Notes: generated by a model not told the origin, from the letters alone. A stretch of DNA of 64,000 nucleotides from Chrysomallon squamiferum (GCA_012295275.1 CM022679.1:5890001-5954000), one strand, 5' to 3'. Counted from the first letter of the stretch, positions 27,391 to 40,590 are shown. Program-made: numbers and translations.

Positions 27391-28130
27391 CTACATATAA
27401 ATATAACAAAAAGTTTCTTTACAATAAAAAAATAAATAATCAAGACACAGGTAAATTTCAGAGTTTAACTACTTAAATTAAACCACAATCAGATACTGAA
27501 TATTAGAAGTTACCCACTTTAGCTGTATCATTGTCAGTTATTTATTATGTATAAATGTGTTAATATTATTAATAACACGTAATAATGCAGTATTGGGTGA
27601 TTTATTTGGAATATGTTAAAAGAACTCTATGGACATATCACAAAGTATTCATTGTTCCATTTTGTTGGTTAGTTTAAAAATGAAATAACTTACTTTTGTT
27701 TCATTATATAACAGTATCATTTCAACAAAATTCATTAACGTAAAGACAAAATTTAGTTGTTATAAATAATATCTATATAAAATATTTCAGAGATCCTCTA
27801 TTTAATATGCTCAACATCATCATTTTAAACGATGTATCTTTAAAATTTTCTATAAAATTTAGTTTGGTTGTCTTTTGTACAAGATCCATTTTTTTACAAA
27901 CAAAAAGAATCAATATAGCACATAATATGACAAATAAAGAACAGATAGAAGAGGCAATTAGTTTAAACACATGGTAGAAATGTAGTTCTTGTAAATAGAT
28001 TAGGGACACAGAACAAAAAGAAAAATATGATTTACATAAAACAACTGTATGCTATAGCATTTAAATGCAATTTATCTTGATCAGCAAGAAATAAAATTGG
28101 TCAGTGTTTCTTTGACATGCTTTAGAAATA

Positions 28131-28430
28131 TCAGGAATTTCAGATAATTTTGTTTAATTTTGGTACAGACAGATGCATGTTGTTTTGTTTTTTTTCAGTA
28201 AATTTTACATAATTTTCCTATAGTCTAATAGGAACACAAATATGCACTTTATTTGTCAAATTTCAGATAATTTTTCTTTCATCTAAAAACATCCATGTTT
28301 GTTGAGAAATTTCCCATAATTTTTCTTTAGTCTAATGTACTTTCTTTGGGAAATTTCACTTCATTTTTCTTCAGGATATTAAACATGCATTTTATTCAGT
28401 ATAATTTACATAACTTTGTTTTATTCTGAC
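28131..28430. repeat. Degenerate ~60-bp minisatellite, about 5 copies
   Basis: Recurring aattt(c/t)a(g/c)ataatttt...tctaa blocks. Confidence 0.55.
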
Positions 28431-28495
28431 AGAGGTGAACAGAAAAACACAGTAACACAACATGTCATGCACAGACACAAATCTCATGTACTTAC

Positions 28496-28585
28496 AGGGG
28501 GACCAGGTAAACCAGGTGGTCCAATCACACCTGGCACACCAGGATCACCTTTGTCACCTGGTTCACCTTTCTGACCAGGGATGCC
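28496..28585 (-). CDS. Collagen exon GIPGQKGEPGDKGDPGVPGVIGPPGLPGPP
   Basis: aatcag / gtaagt, 90 nt. Confidence 0.92.
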
Positions 28586-28863
28586 CTGATTTGTATGTCA
28601 ACAGTAAAACATTAGATTTTGTTCACCACAACAATGATTTTTTACTTGTAAGGACAATATAATTAATATTGTAATATTATTTATTTCTTTGTAAAACATT
28701 TTTAGAATTCAAAGCAGAATTTATTTTAAAATTTACTTTAATAAATTAAATTCAAATTAACACTTTTTAGAATTCAGGAAAAATAATTTTAAGAATATTT
28801 TTAGTAAACGTTTTAACTAAAAAGAAAGGAAAAATGGAACAGAACATTTTATAAGAAACTCAC

Positions 28864-28935
28864 AGGTGGCCCTGTGATACCCATTCTTCCATCAATTCCA
28901 TTTCGACCTGGTTCTCCTACTGACCCTTTCTCTCC
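28864..28935 (-). CDS. Collagen exon GEKGSVGEPGRNGIDGRMGITGPP
   Basis: tgacag / gtgagt, 72 nt. Confidence 0.92.
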
Positions 28936-29172
28936 CTGTCACACAAAATTTTATTATGTAAGAAATAATTAAAAACCTACTGACAATTATTTTAGAATAT
29001 TAAAAGTAGTTTTAACATGACTTATATATACATATATAAACCTTACTGCAATGCATTTTACATGTTTACTTTTAGCTCTATACCATTATTTAGCAAAATA
29101 AATTTAATATTTCATAAATAGATTAGTATTTTCAAAGTATAGGATTTGTAAAAATTATTATTCTTATATATA

Positions 29173-29204
<32 letters not shown>

Positions 29205-29303
29205 TGCTTTCGTTTTTTATCTGTTCTATGTGTTTCTGGCATTTGTCTCTTCAGGGTTGTTATTTACCAACACTTTAGTTTGTTATCATCAAATTTCACA
29301 AAC

Positions 29304-29429
29304 CTGTTGACCTGGTAAACCAAATGCTCCCTTCTCTCCTTTTGGACCAATAGCCCCAGGTGGACCTTGTGGTCCAGGAAATCCAAATCTCCCAAAATTA
29401 CCCTTTTCACCCCTACGTCCCCTTCGTCC
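29304..29429 (-). CDS. Collagen exon GRRGRRGEKGNFGRFGFPGPQGPPGAIGPKGEKGAFGLPGQQ
   Basis: ttgttag / gtttgt, 126 nt. Confidence 0.92.
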
Positions 29430-31339
29430 CTAACAACAGATAAAACTAATTAAATTGCTTCTTAATATTTACTTAAAATGATAGACATACCTTCTAATAA
29501 ATCAGACATTATGAAATTGTATTTATTAGCAGTAGTATTTACAGAGCTGATTAATATTATATATTTATTAACAAGGCTTCATTTACAAATAATATATGCA
29601 CAAATTAATAATACTGTTTTGTGATTCATCTATTTGATTTGTTATGTAATTATTAATTGAAAAAAAATTGGAATTTGTTAACTTAACAAATCACATTAAT
29701 TTTACATGATCAGTTAAAAAATACACATTTTCTTTTTTTCAGTTACATTAGGTATCTTAGAGAGCAATACAAAGGTGAAAACTGTACAAAACCAATTATT
29801 CAAATAACATCAATTCAACTCACACAATACAGAATGCACAGAAAATGATATACAAAAAACATATTTCAACATGCTTACAAATTATTCACATTAAATATTT
29901 GTTTCTTGAAATATGCTATTATATAATAATTATGGAATATTTATATCAAACTGGATTTTTATAAAATGTTAATTTACAGAAGAAAATATAATCTGAAATT
30001 TATTTCTATTGTTGGAAATTAATATAAATAAATACTGAACATCTACTGCATTTTACTTTCAGACCAGATACATTGATATTGCAAGAAACAAAATATTTCA
30101 GGTTTACATGCAAGATATAACAAGAAATGAATTTAAAATTCATTCTCCCTTCTATTCAGTTTTATCATGCAAAATGAAGTAACATACAAGAAAATTCGCA
30201 AAGTACTTTCTTGAGATTCTGTTTCATTCATCCTTGATGTTAGATAGTTGCTAAGAAAACGTTTCTTCTTTCCATTTATTCATGATATCTTCATGTTACT
30301 TTGTTTTGTAAAAATGTGTGTACCAGTATAACCACAAATACACAACAAATGTATGTTAAAAATTCATGCAAGCATAAGTTTTCATTCAAATTTCTTCAAT
30401 ATGCAATCAGATTTAAAATTTATGATTAATCTGAATAATATGATCTTCTTTACTTATTCAGAGATTGGTTGACTAAATAAATAACTTCTGAACTATCTGA
30501 AAGAATGAATTTATATTTTTAAAAATTATATGAAATAAATATATATTTCTTATCATTAAATGTTTCTTCTACTTGTTCTCAAACTTAAATTATAATAAAA
30601 ATTCTAAGCAGAAAAATCATTCCTTTAAAAGAAGAAATTTAACTGGGTGAAATTAGATACTTTAATATGGTTTAAATGTGTACTGATAACATTTTCTATT
30701 ATAAAAACCATACAAACAAAGCTCATGCAAAGATGCATGCAGTACAAAGTTCAAAACATTTTCTATGAGTACATATTTCACACTGAATTAAAAAAAAGAC
30801 AATGAGAAAAAATAGTCCAGTTAAAATTTCACTAGGTATGCTAGTTGAAAACATCCAGAATGAAATTGGTAAAAAGAAAGAGTATTGAAAAGAAAAGTTA
30901 ACACAACAACAACAACAATAATAATAATAAGAAAGAAAGGAACATCAAAGAAATGCTAATAAACAAGTATATACATTTTTCATCTGATACAAATATCCTA
31001 AATTTACATGTTTTAACATAACATTAAAAATCACTTTTATTATATTTTGTTGTCTAATTTTTATATATGACATATTTAATAGATAATCTAATAATTCAGT
31101 GCCCAAGATTTCAGAACAGTAACAATAATTTAAACAAATAAATAAACAAAATAAAGCCTCATTGTCAGAAAATAATAAATAGTAATAATTATGAGAATAT
31201 ATAAGACATGCTTTCTATAAAATATTTGTTTTATTTTGAAATATTTTCAGAAATAAAAATTTGATTGTCTACCAAGATTCCTGCATGCACAATGACTAAC
31301 ATAGATGCTTAGGAAAAGCAGGCAGGCTATATTATTTAC

Positions 31340-31411
31340 CCGTTTACCCCTCTTGCCCCTTTCCCCTTTCTCACCCCTGGGTCCGGGTGCCCCTGGAAGT
31401 CCAATTCTACC
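31340..31411 (-). CDS. Collagen exon GRIGLPGAPGPRGEKGERGKRGKR
   Basis: ttgttcag / gtaaat, 72 nt. Confidence 0.92.
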
Positions 31412-33322
31412 CTGAACAAAAAAATATATATAATTAAATAAATAAAAGAAAAAGAGAAAATTATAGTTATTAGAAACCTTTTGATTATTTTGAATAAATA
31501 ATGTTATTTCATTTATTGCAATTGTTTTCAAATAACAATAACACCAAACTAGAAATGCAGTGTATATCTGAAAATAAAATAAATTAGTCATGCATTTATT
31601 AGATTAGAAATTAGTAATAAACAACACCAGAACAACAAATGTCAGTACTAATACAAGAAAATAAATATACAAAAAATAAAATAAAGTGATATAAAATCAG
31701 ATATAAGATACATTTGAAACAATTCAAATATAAGAATGATATGGTATTAACTTTTAGATGATTTAAAGCAGCATCCTTTTGTTGTTTTGTGGTGGATATG
31801 CATCATCATATAATAAAGGAATTCCTGAAATAAATACAACTTAAATTATTAAGAAAATACAGTAATATTTACATGCAGTTTATAATATAAATGTTTCTTT
31901 AGATTAAAAAACAATTATTGAAATGATTGAAAAAATTTGTTGCAAATGATCTTCTTTGAAATATTCATATGTTCATACATTATTTATTTAGGATAATTAA
32001 GAAAATTAACATTCAGAACAAGACTTAATTTCCTTGTAACAAAATTTTAATATATTAAATGTTAATTTTATAGAGGAAGCAAAGCATTAACTGAAATATT
32101 TCAGCTGTGTGTGAATGTGTGTGTGGGTATTTTTATATATATATATATATATACACAAAATCTTATGTCATATAAAACAAATTAGTAGTAATGATCATGT
32201 TTTGGATATGAATTTAAATTTAAAGCTTCTTTTCATTTTATTAGCTTTTAAGATTATAAAGCTTTTATTATATATCTTTTTTAAAAGTTAATTAATTATG
32301 ATACAACTATGACAGTGAGTAGAACTAAGAAGAATATTATTTTACATGTTTTTTTAATTATTATTATTCTGGCTTTATTTAATGTGAGCCTGCTATAATT
32401 ATAATGATTAAATTTAATTTAATTCACAAAAAGTGTAAGTAAACAGAATTAATAAGACTATAAAGAGAACATAATTTTAGTATAAGATTTTCTTAATAAA
32501 GAGTTATCTCCCATACTGTATTCAGCTACCACCACCATTGAAGCTTTAGCCCATAACCTAGAAGAGCAAAATAATATACAAGGTGTATACTGGAACAAAT
32601 ATATTTTTCATTTCAAGAGGTGAGCATTGTAAATAAAAATGCTTTTTAGTCTCCTGTCTGCAACTCCAAGGACATAACATATTAGCCAAAAAAATGTCTT
32701 TTAATATTTTAAAAGCCTTTAGCTATTAAAAACTGATGTGGTAATTAAGTGGTTTACTTTTATTCCAGTAAACACATATTATACAAATAAAATAAATAGA
32801 AAATGCTGTGTGAAAATTATAAATTTCTATCTTCAGTTCAGCCATAAGTAATTTAAAAAGAGTTAAAAATACAAGCATTCTATTTAAAAAGATTTTAAAT
32901 TATAGAAAAGACTATTTATTATAAATGAATTCTTTATTTATTTTATTAAGATTTTTTTCCCCAAACAATGTATATATAATCATGAAATTATAATATTTAT
33001 ACGTTAAATCAAATTTCTTCAATAAGTACTTTCAACAAAAATGAGAAGAAAAAATCTTTATTAGTTAACCTTTATGATAATAATGTTGATGTTTGATAAA
33101 TCTAATACATATAAATTTAAAAAATGATAATAATAAATAATAAATATAATAATAATTGAATGCTTAGTGACTGATGTTTATTGATAGAAGAGTAGAATTA
33201 GCACACAGCAAATTATTAAATTCTGAAATGAAAATATTAGAAAGACACTATTATTAAAAAGGGATTTCTGTGACTGCAGCAAATATACTGTTTTTCTGTT
33301 AGTGATCTTGTATGTGGAATAC

Positions 33323-33526
33323 CTGCAACATTTCATTACACTCATCCACAGGTATAAATTTGTCTGAAGTTGCTGAGCTTTGCTTTCCATCTTGTAAGGT
33401 ATCAGAGAAATTATAGACTGGAACATCAGAATCTGACTCATCAGCACTTATACGTTTAGTTCTGCGACTGCTTTTTCTTTTCACTTCCATTCGGCATGTT
33501 CTTCCACGCTTTGAATAATGACCATA
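33323..33526 (-). CDS. Candidate non-collagenous cassette exon (68 aa, YGHYSKRGRTCRMEVKRKSSRRTKRISADESDSD...DECNEMLQ)
   Basis: CTAAC/CTGAC branch-like motifs plus ttctcatag acceptor, CAG/gtattc donor, 204 nt, phase 0-0, no stop; could instead be a transposon relic. Confidence 0.45.
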
Positions 33527-34471
33527 CTATGAGAATGTCAGCTAGTTAGTTTGTATAATCATTTTATGTCTCTTTCCCAAACCACCTAGAATCATCCCAA
33601 TTTTCATAACAATTTTCACAAAAACAAAAACATAGTACTGTTTTGGAGACTCAAATAATTTTTCACACTAGGAAAAATGTTTTAATATATATATATTAAT
33701 ATATTTTTTATTTTTATTCTTTTTTTCAAAAAGGATTTCTAACTGTCAAACAAATTTAACTGACTGGATCAAGCCAGTATTGTTTTTATCTTCTTCAAAA
33801 ATAAATTATGTGAGATAATGTATTGATGATTCTGGGTGACCGCAATAATTATTTGCTGCAGTCACCTGTGACCCAATTTTTTCACCTTGCTTCAATCAGA
33901 CAGCAAGTTTAAACCTTTTAAACCTCTAAATAATATCAAATAATTACTTATTCTATTTCAACTTTACTGTGACTTTCTTCAATTTCTTTTTTCTCAACCA
34001 CAACTCCTCACTTCTATTTTTATCTTTTTTATTCTTTTTTTATCAATATCACAACTCAAAACATAAAATTAATAATTAAAATTAATGATTTAACATGTTT
34101 TATTTTTATTTCCCATTCTGCCCTGTTTTGAAAACAACATCAAACAGATAAAATAATATACAATATATAATTTTAAAATATTAGTATTTTTGATATTTTA
34201 CTTGCTGTGACTGCAGCAAAAAGTGTGAATAGAGCACTGATGTTCACATAACTGACTGTTTATTTGCTTTGTAAATTAAATCTATTTTAAAATTTCTGCT
34301 ATTGTATATTTAAAATAAAATGATACTGACAATACTTCTAAAAAGGAGTAACAAACCTGGAAAACCAAATATTATAAATTTAGATTATATAACAGTTGGA
34401 TTAAATAAGTAGAAAGGTATAAGCATGCAAAGCAGGAGATAGCTGGTTTTAGATGCCAGTGGGCATCTCAC

Positions 34472-34591
34472 CTTCTTTCCTGGAGGACCAGGGGCTCCAG
34501 GGACTCCAGGTGGGCCCTGGATAAACCCAGCAGGAAAATTGCCAAAAGACTCAAACCCACCCCCTGAACCGCTGTTGGACTTTGATTTTCC
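34472..34591 (-). CDS. NC + collagen exon GKSKSNSGSGGGFESFGNFPAGFIQGPPGVPGAPGPPGKK
   Basis: attacag / gtgaga, 120 nt. Confidence 0.9.
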
Positions 34592-36224
34592 CTGTAATAC
34601 AACATCAAGCTTACTGTGCCAAAATTGAAAAGCCATGGCTTATAACGTAGAATTTTAAATTACCTTGTTTTATTTATGATTGCATTTTTTTTTTTTTTAA
34701 ATCTAGTGTTTTTGACCATTAATATTTTTGTTGTTTTCTTTTATAAAGCAATCTAGTGAAAATATCATGCTGTTGATTAATTCAAATTTTTAAATCTATG
34801 AATAATATTTTCACTTAATTAAAACCTTTAATATTATTATTATATAAGGATTTTTAAAATAATGTTGATTTTACTTCATATTAAAATCTAATATTGTTCT
34901 GATGGAGCTTTCATAGGTTTATTTTCAAATGGCATCAACAATTAAAAGAAACATAATTTTCCCCTGGCTATCAGGAATTTAAACAACACATAATATATAA
35001 ACAAATTGTAGATATTTATTTACATTATTATTATTAATATTTATAAATTTAACATTTGGGCAACAAGCATAAAGGATTTTGAAGTTAAAAACAAAAAAAG
35101 AACTAAAAAATAAAAAAAAATTACAAGACAATAAAATAAAACTAACATAATGAAAAAAGAAATAAAGTATAGAATATGTCAGATAAGTTATGTCATTAAC
35201 ATTAGTATTTTAAGATAAAGTGCAGTTTGAATTAGTAACATGCTTTATCTAAATGCACAGAAACAAACACAGCCTAGGTAAATAGTATACAAAGTGGAAT
35301 TTTCAATAAAATATATTTATAAAAATATATTTTTTATAGAATAATAATACAAAATATACAATGTCTGAACAATTGCCATAACTCTTTGACTAACAGTGTT
35401 ATCACAATTTTGTTTAAGTTTCACTCACTTTATTTTAAGTTTAATTGAATAATGTTAAACTCTTTCTCTAATATAATGTCATCTTCATCTTGACTGACAA
35501 ATATTGTAAATGTCAATTTTAATTTATGACTAATTTCTTATATAATATTTTGTCAATTTACATTAATATCTAAAAAGCAGAAAATAAAATAAATAAAAAG
35601 CAACACTTCACCTAAAAGCTCAAGTTGGATGATATAGAGAATACATACCTGTACTACAAAATAGTGAAAAACCAATGATCACAATTTTTTTTTTTTTTTT
35701 TTTTTAACTGATCTAGTAACTTATTCATTTAACCAAAACAAATAAATACTGATCAAGTTTTCAACTTGATAACAAAGTAATTTAATGTTTGAAACCAAGT
35801 TCAGTAAAACATGAAATTGATACAATATCAAATGAATAATTCATTTTTTGTTATACTTAGAACAATAACTTTGGGACTGTCTGCCTGGATTAGAGCTATA
35901 GAGAGTAAACACATCCAATGCAATTTGTAATTAATTTGAAATGCATTATAAACTATTAAACAGATTCAAGAACTTTACACAAATTTTTAATACCATAAAA
36001 AATACTATGAATTAATGTACTAACCTCCTTTCTGAAATTAGATACACCAGAAACAATATGTTATTTGCATTTAAGATTGAAATTTACAAGAATATGTTTA
36101 TATTACACTTTTAAATGAAAATGGAATCAATAACAATATCATAGAACAACAAAGAACAATATGTACAACAACTGTGATATGTGAAGTCATGCATGACTCA
36201 AGAATGGCACATGCATAGACTCAC

Positions 36225-36401
36225 ATTTTGCCCTTGTGGGCCTGGAGGCCCCAAATCGCCTTTGGGTCCAGGAGGACCCCTTGGACCAGGTTTGCCATTG
36301 TACTTGGTTAAGCCTGGTTTGCCAGTGTCTCCTTTGTCCCCTTTGGCACCTAAACGACCTGGCATGCCAGGTGCTCCTATTTCTCCTTTCTGTCCATGGA
36401 C
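36225..36401 (-). CDS. Collagen exon [59 protein letters not shown]
   Basis: ctaacag / gtgagt, 177 nt, short helix interruptions. Confidence 0.92.
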
Positions 36402-36857
36402 CTGTTAGTTTAGTGCAAAGCATCAATTTGTGGCACAGAAAGTAATGGATAAGCCAAAATGGTGCATAATTAAAAAGCAACAACAAAAAAAAGTAAAAGT
36501 AATAAATAAAATAAAATAATGAAAAATTAAAATAAAAGCCTAAAATCCATACCCAAAGCACTAGCAGATTACATATAGCAAACAGACCTGTGAGGCAATA
36601 ACAATTTTTACAATGTTTCCTGCTCCTAAGGAAATGCTTAAATTATTTAACATCAGCAGTCCACTAGCAAAATATTATTTTATCACTAAGAGTGATCTTC
36701 CATAAAAATCACATTAAACTTGAGATAATCAAATTAATTAAACGTATTAAAAAAATTTCTTTACTTAATAAATCTTTTCTATCTTTAGTTTATTGTTTAT
36801 TTATTTTTTAATTTATGTATTTTTCGGTTCTTATAAATTAACATTTCTGTTAGGGTT

Positions 36858-37032
36858 TTTTAATATGCTTTTAGCAGCAAAAGTATGATACTGATTAAAC
36901 TTTTTTTTTAAATGTTTTAATATGCTTTTAGCAGCAAAAGTATGATACTGATTAAACATTTTTTTTAAATGTTTTAATAAACTTTTAGCAGCAAAAGTGT
37001 GATACTGATTAAACATTTTTTTTAAATGTTTA
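36858..37032. repeat. Minisatellite, 57-bp unit x3
   Basis: ttttaatatgcttttagcagcaaaagtatgatactgattaaac... starts at 36858, 36915 and 36972. Confidence 0.95.
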
Positions 37033-37658
37033 TAATTACACCAACTTTAAATAAATAATTATTTTTGTCTTTTACTTATTTTATTAATTTAAAAAAAAAT
37101 CCTTTATTTTATTTATTTATTAATTTATTATTATTTTTTTTTTAATTTAAAAATAAGCATGCATACTTTTATTATTTGCAAAAAGTGGCAACTGCAGCCA
37201 AAAATATTAAATTCACAGGTTTGCTTGCATTGAAATTAAACTACACTACCATATATAATGCTGCAAAACTATGGATACTGACACAACTATACATGGCAAC
37301 TTGCAGTTTACGTTAATTTAATTTATTATGATAAACAACTATATTAATAGTACACAATTCAATCCTGTAAACGTTATTCAGTATACATTTTGTCTTTTTT
37401 TGTGTTATTCACAAACTCATTATTAATGTTATAATGGTGTTCAAATAAAAAATAAATGGAATATACCATTATACATTACCAAAATTATTTTCTATTATTA
37501 TTTTGGGTAAAATCTGTTTAATGTTAAATAACAACATGTTGCATAAACAATGTAAGATTTCTTTTAAAAAAGAAAAGAAAAAAGATTAGTTCTTTGAAAT
37601 ATTATAATTAACTGTATTATTATAGTAAGGCTAAAAAAATGCACATTAAAAAACTTAC

Positions 37659-37694
37659 TGATTCTCCTGGTAAACCATCTTTTCCTGGTGGACC
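37659..37694 (-). CDS. Collagen exon GPPGKDGLPGES
   Basis: attcag / gtaagt, 36 nt. Confidence 0.9.
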
Positions 37695-37925
37695 CTGAAT
37701 ATATTTATCATTCATAAATATAATACAGTATTATTATTTAGGGACATCAAAAATGAAAGATGTTTTATATCAAGTGTCTGCATCTATGTATTCATTTACA
37801 TAATAAAAGATATTCAATTTAAAAAAAACAAAAAACAAAAAACAAATATTAGAACTTGTTTAGCATGTAGTTAATTTAATTCATGATTATGAAAATAAAA
37901 TAATACAAAATGAAAAACTACGTAC

Positions 37926-37952
37926 TGGTGGTCCCATTGGGCCTGGAGGTCC
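37926..37952 (-). CDS. Collagen exon GPPGPMGPP
   Basis: tttttcag / gtacgt, 27 nt. Confidence 0.9.
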
Positions 37953-38154
37953 CTGAAAAATTATTAACATATTGATAGTGATACTTACTGATCTAATTAA
38001 TAAAACTGAAATTTAATCATTCATATATATATATATATATAAAAGAAAAATTTGAATAAAAGGTATACAATGACTGAAATTATTCTTAATACATTTAAAA
38101 AAAAAAGTATTCAAATTCTCAATTCTGAAAACAGATTATAAGCATAAAATATTA

Positions 38155-38471
38155 CAGGTACAGAACCAATTATCTGGCATCCTGAAATCTAGAAAGACCA
38201 GAAAACCGGAAGTTTTTTCCTGATGCTATTTTTATAGTTAGCATACGTGGGTGTTGTTCTCACCAGACCAGAACTACTCTTTCAAGCCACATGGCGTTCA
38301 TTCACTCGCTGCATTGTTTATGTGTTGAGTTGCCACAGTTGTGTATTGTCAATTTTCTTTATGTTTTTAATTTTAAAATGTTTAAATGCCTTGGTACCAG
38401 AAAACCGGAAAATCCAGAAATCTGGAATACCTCAGGCCCTCAAGGAGTCCAGATAATTGGTCTGGTACCTG
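38155..38471. mobile_element. MITE / non-autonomous Tc1-mariner/pogo-type DNA transposon, about 317 bp
   Basis: Imperfect TIRs CAGGTACAGAACCAATTATCTGG ... CCAGATAATTGGTCTGGTACCTG, TA on both sides, internal repeated ACCAGAAAACCGGAA. Confidence 0.8.
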
Positions 38472-38614
38472 TAATAATAATTATCAAAAAATGTAATAGA
38501 AAATAAAATGTTATTTATCTTGAAAATATTTGGAATTAGAAATAACATAAATAAAATGAAAATGTGGAAACAAATGATATAATTATACATGTTTATAAAA
38601 GACTGTCAGCTTAC

Positions 38615-38713
38615 TGGATTGCCTTGTGGCCCAGCTACACCATCAAAACCTGGTAATCCTGGGGGTCCAGGGGGTCCAGCTGGACCTGCAGGACCACGCT
38701 CTCCTGGTTCACC
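38615..38713 (-). CDS. Collagen exon GEPGERGPAGPAGPPGPPGLPGFDGVAGPQGNP
   Basis: tgcttag / gtaagc, 99 nt. Confidence 0.93.
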
Positions 38714-39543
38714 CTAAGCAAAGAAATAAAAGATAATATAATGAAATCACCTTTCATTTTCTTGATGTTAAATATTTATTTAATTTATTTTATTTTATTA
38801 TATTTATTTTTGTGAAAAAGAGCTATATTTAAATTGTAATATAATATAAACTTTCTTATTTTGGAGAAATTGAATAATTTATCACTTTATAAAAAATTTA
38901 ACTTTTTCTCTTCTTTTCCTCCTTCCTTAATGAAAGAGAGAATTTCATTTTAGGATTGTGTTCAAAATAGTGGATGTAATACTATGGGGAAAGAATAAAT
39001 TATATATATTATCAAGTTATCATACTTCAAAAATAATAACCATGCATAATTAAGAAATGTGCATAAATGTACAACATGCAATGCATACCTCTAGTAAAAT
39101 GCCACAACAGAATTATTATTATTGTTCAGACATGACATCTACATGCATACAATGGAACAGTTGAAGAAAAGACAAATCAACATTTTAACAATAAGTTTAC
39201 CAAGCACTAAATTTTGATAATGAATGATAGAAACATGTAGTTCCTCTAGGTCAACTTTTTAGACCCTCTGATATGCTAAAATAGTGATAAACAGATTCTT
39301 TCCTTCCTTCCTTGTTTTTTTCCTTGTTTTTTTTTTTTTTTATCTTCTTCTTTTTTTCTTTTTTTAACTATTAAAATTCTTTATTTACTTCTTTAATTCT
39401 TTTAATGCATAGTTCCAAATGGTTTATTTTTAATCTTTTTTTAATATATTTTTTGTATTATATTTTAATGCTAAAATTCTTTTTTCAGACAATCATAAAA
39501 ATAAATTTCCTCAGTTCTGCAGACATTGTTGTGAATAATTTAC

Positions 39544-39618
39544 CTTTAATTTAATTACTGTTGGTTCCCAGTCCTCCAGTTTAAGTGGCCCAGGCAGACC
39601 TGGTGGACCTCTGTCACC
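39544..39618 (-). CDS. Exon GDRGPPGLPGPLKLEDWEPTVIKLK
   Basis: gtttag / gtaaat, 75 nt. Confidence 0.85.
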
Positions 39619-39858
39619 CTAAACATATATCATGCACATTACAGATTGACAACAAATAATATGATCAACAAGCTGATTATTTTACAAAGAATATCAACAG
39701 TGAGAGCATTCCTTAGCTCATATAATATGCATAAACACGAACCTACACAATACTGACAGCAAGCTATAATAATGAAAACTATTAACATGCTTATGAATTA
39801 GTACAATTCTTTAAGAAGTATATTTTTTTTTGGGGGGGGTTGTTTGTATGTATGCATG

Positions 39859-39859
<1 letters not shown>

Positions 39860-39957
<98 letters not shown>

Positions 39958-39967
39958 TACACACATA
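39860..39967. repeat. Compound (GT)n(AT)n microsatellite
   Basis: Direct. Confidence 0.95.
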
Positions 39968-40560
39968 CAGAGAAAAAAAGAGAGATATAGAGAGATATTT
40001 TAAATTCGTAATAAAGAAAAATCCTCAGCACGTTAGTAGTTTGTACTGACGAATGAAACATTTTAAGTATTTTATTATATATATATATATGCTTGGTGCA
40101 AACATGCTGACATGCTAACCATCTGAAATCAAAACAAAACTTGCATTAGCATTACCAAGACAAATTAAAAGCAAGCAATAACATTTATCTTGCACTTGAA
40201 CTGTTTTCATAACATGGTGCCATTGTTTGATATCTCCTTAAATAGATTAATTACTCCATATGCAAAAATATTTGCAGGTAAAAACATTCATGATTGAGTT
40301 TTCATTTCAACAAGTTAATATACATTATCACAAAATGTCCATCAGACACTAGTGTTGTAAAATAATATATACATTAGATATGAAATATGTTACTGTAAAA
40401 ATATTTCCAACATTTATAGTACATTTCACTTGCAAATACTTTTGCATATAAAGTATGGCATTCATCAATATTTAGATATCTGTATTTTTACGTAAAAATG
40501 AAAACAATAACAAAACAACTTGGTCACAAACCATGCAGGTATATATAGGCTGAAACAAAC

Positions 40561-40590
40561 CTTTATTGTTATAACTTCATAATCAGAACC
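40561..40590 (-). CDS. Non-collagenous micro-exon GSDYEVITIK
   Basis: ttttatttcag / gtttgt, 30 nt, phase 0; ending resembles the neighbouring exons. Confidence 0.7.

Noticed and set aside
32510-32557. GC-richer segment behind a cttctag acceptor
   Set aside because: Phase-0 reading hits TAA after three codons and there is no compatible donor
36181-36445. Plus-strand Pro/Gly-rich ORFs (also 12991, 13457, 17936, 19269, 28462)
   Set aside because: Antisense shadows of minus-strand collagen exons
36831-37016. ORF with a 19-aa repeat; array superficially CRISPR-like
   Set aside because: Plain 57-bp tandem repeat without unique spacers, in a eukaryotic intron
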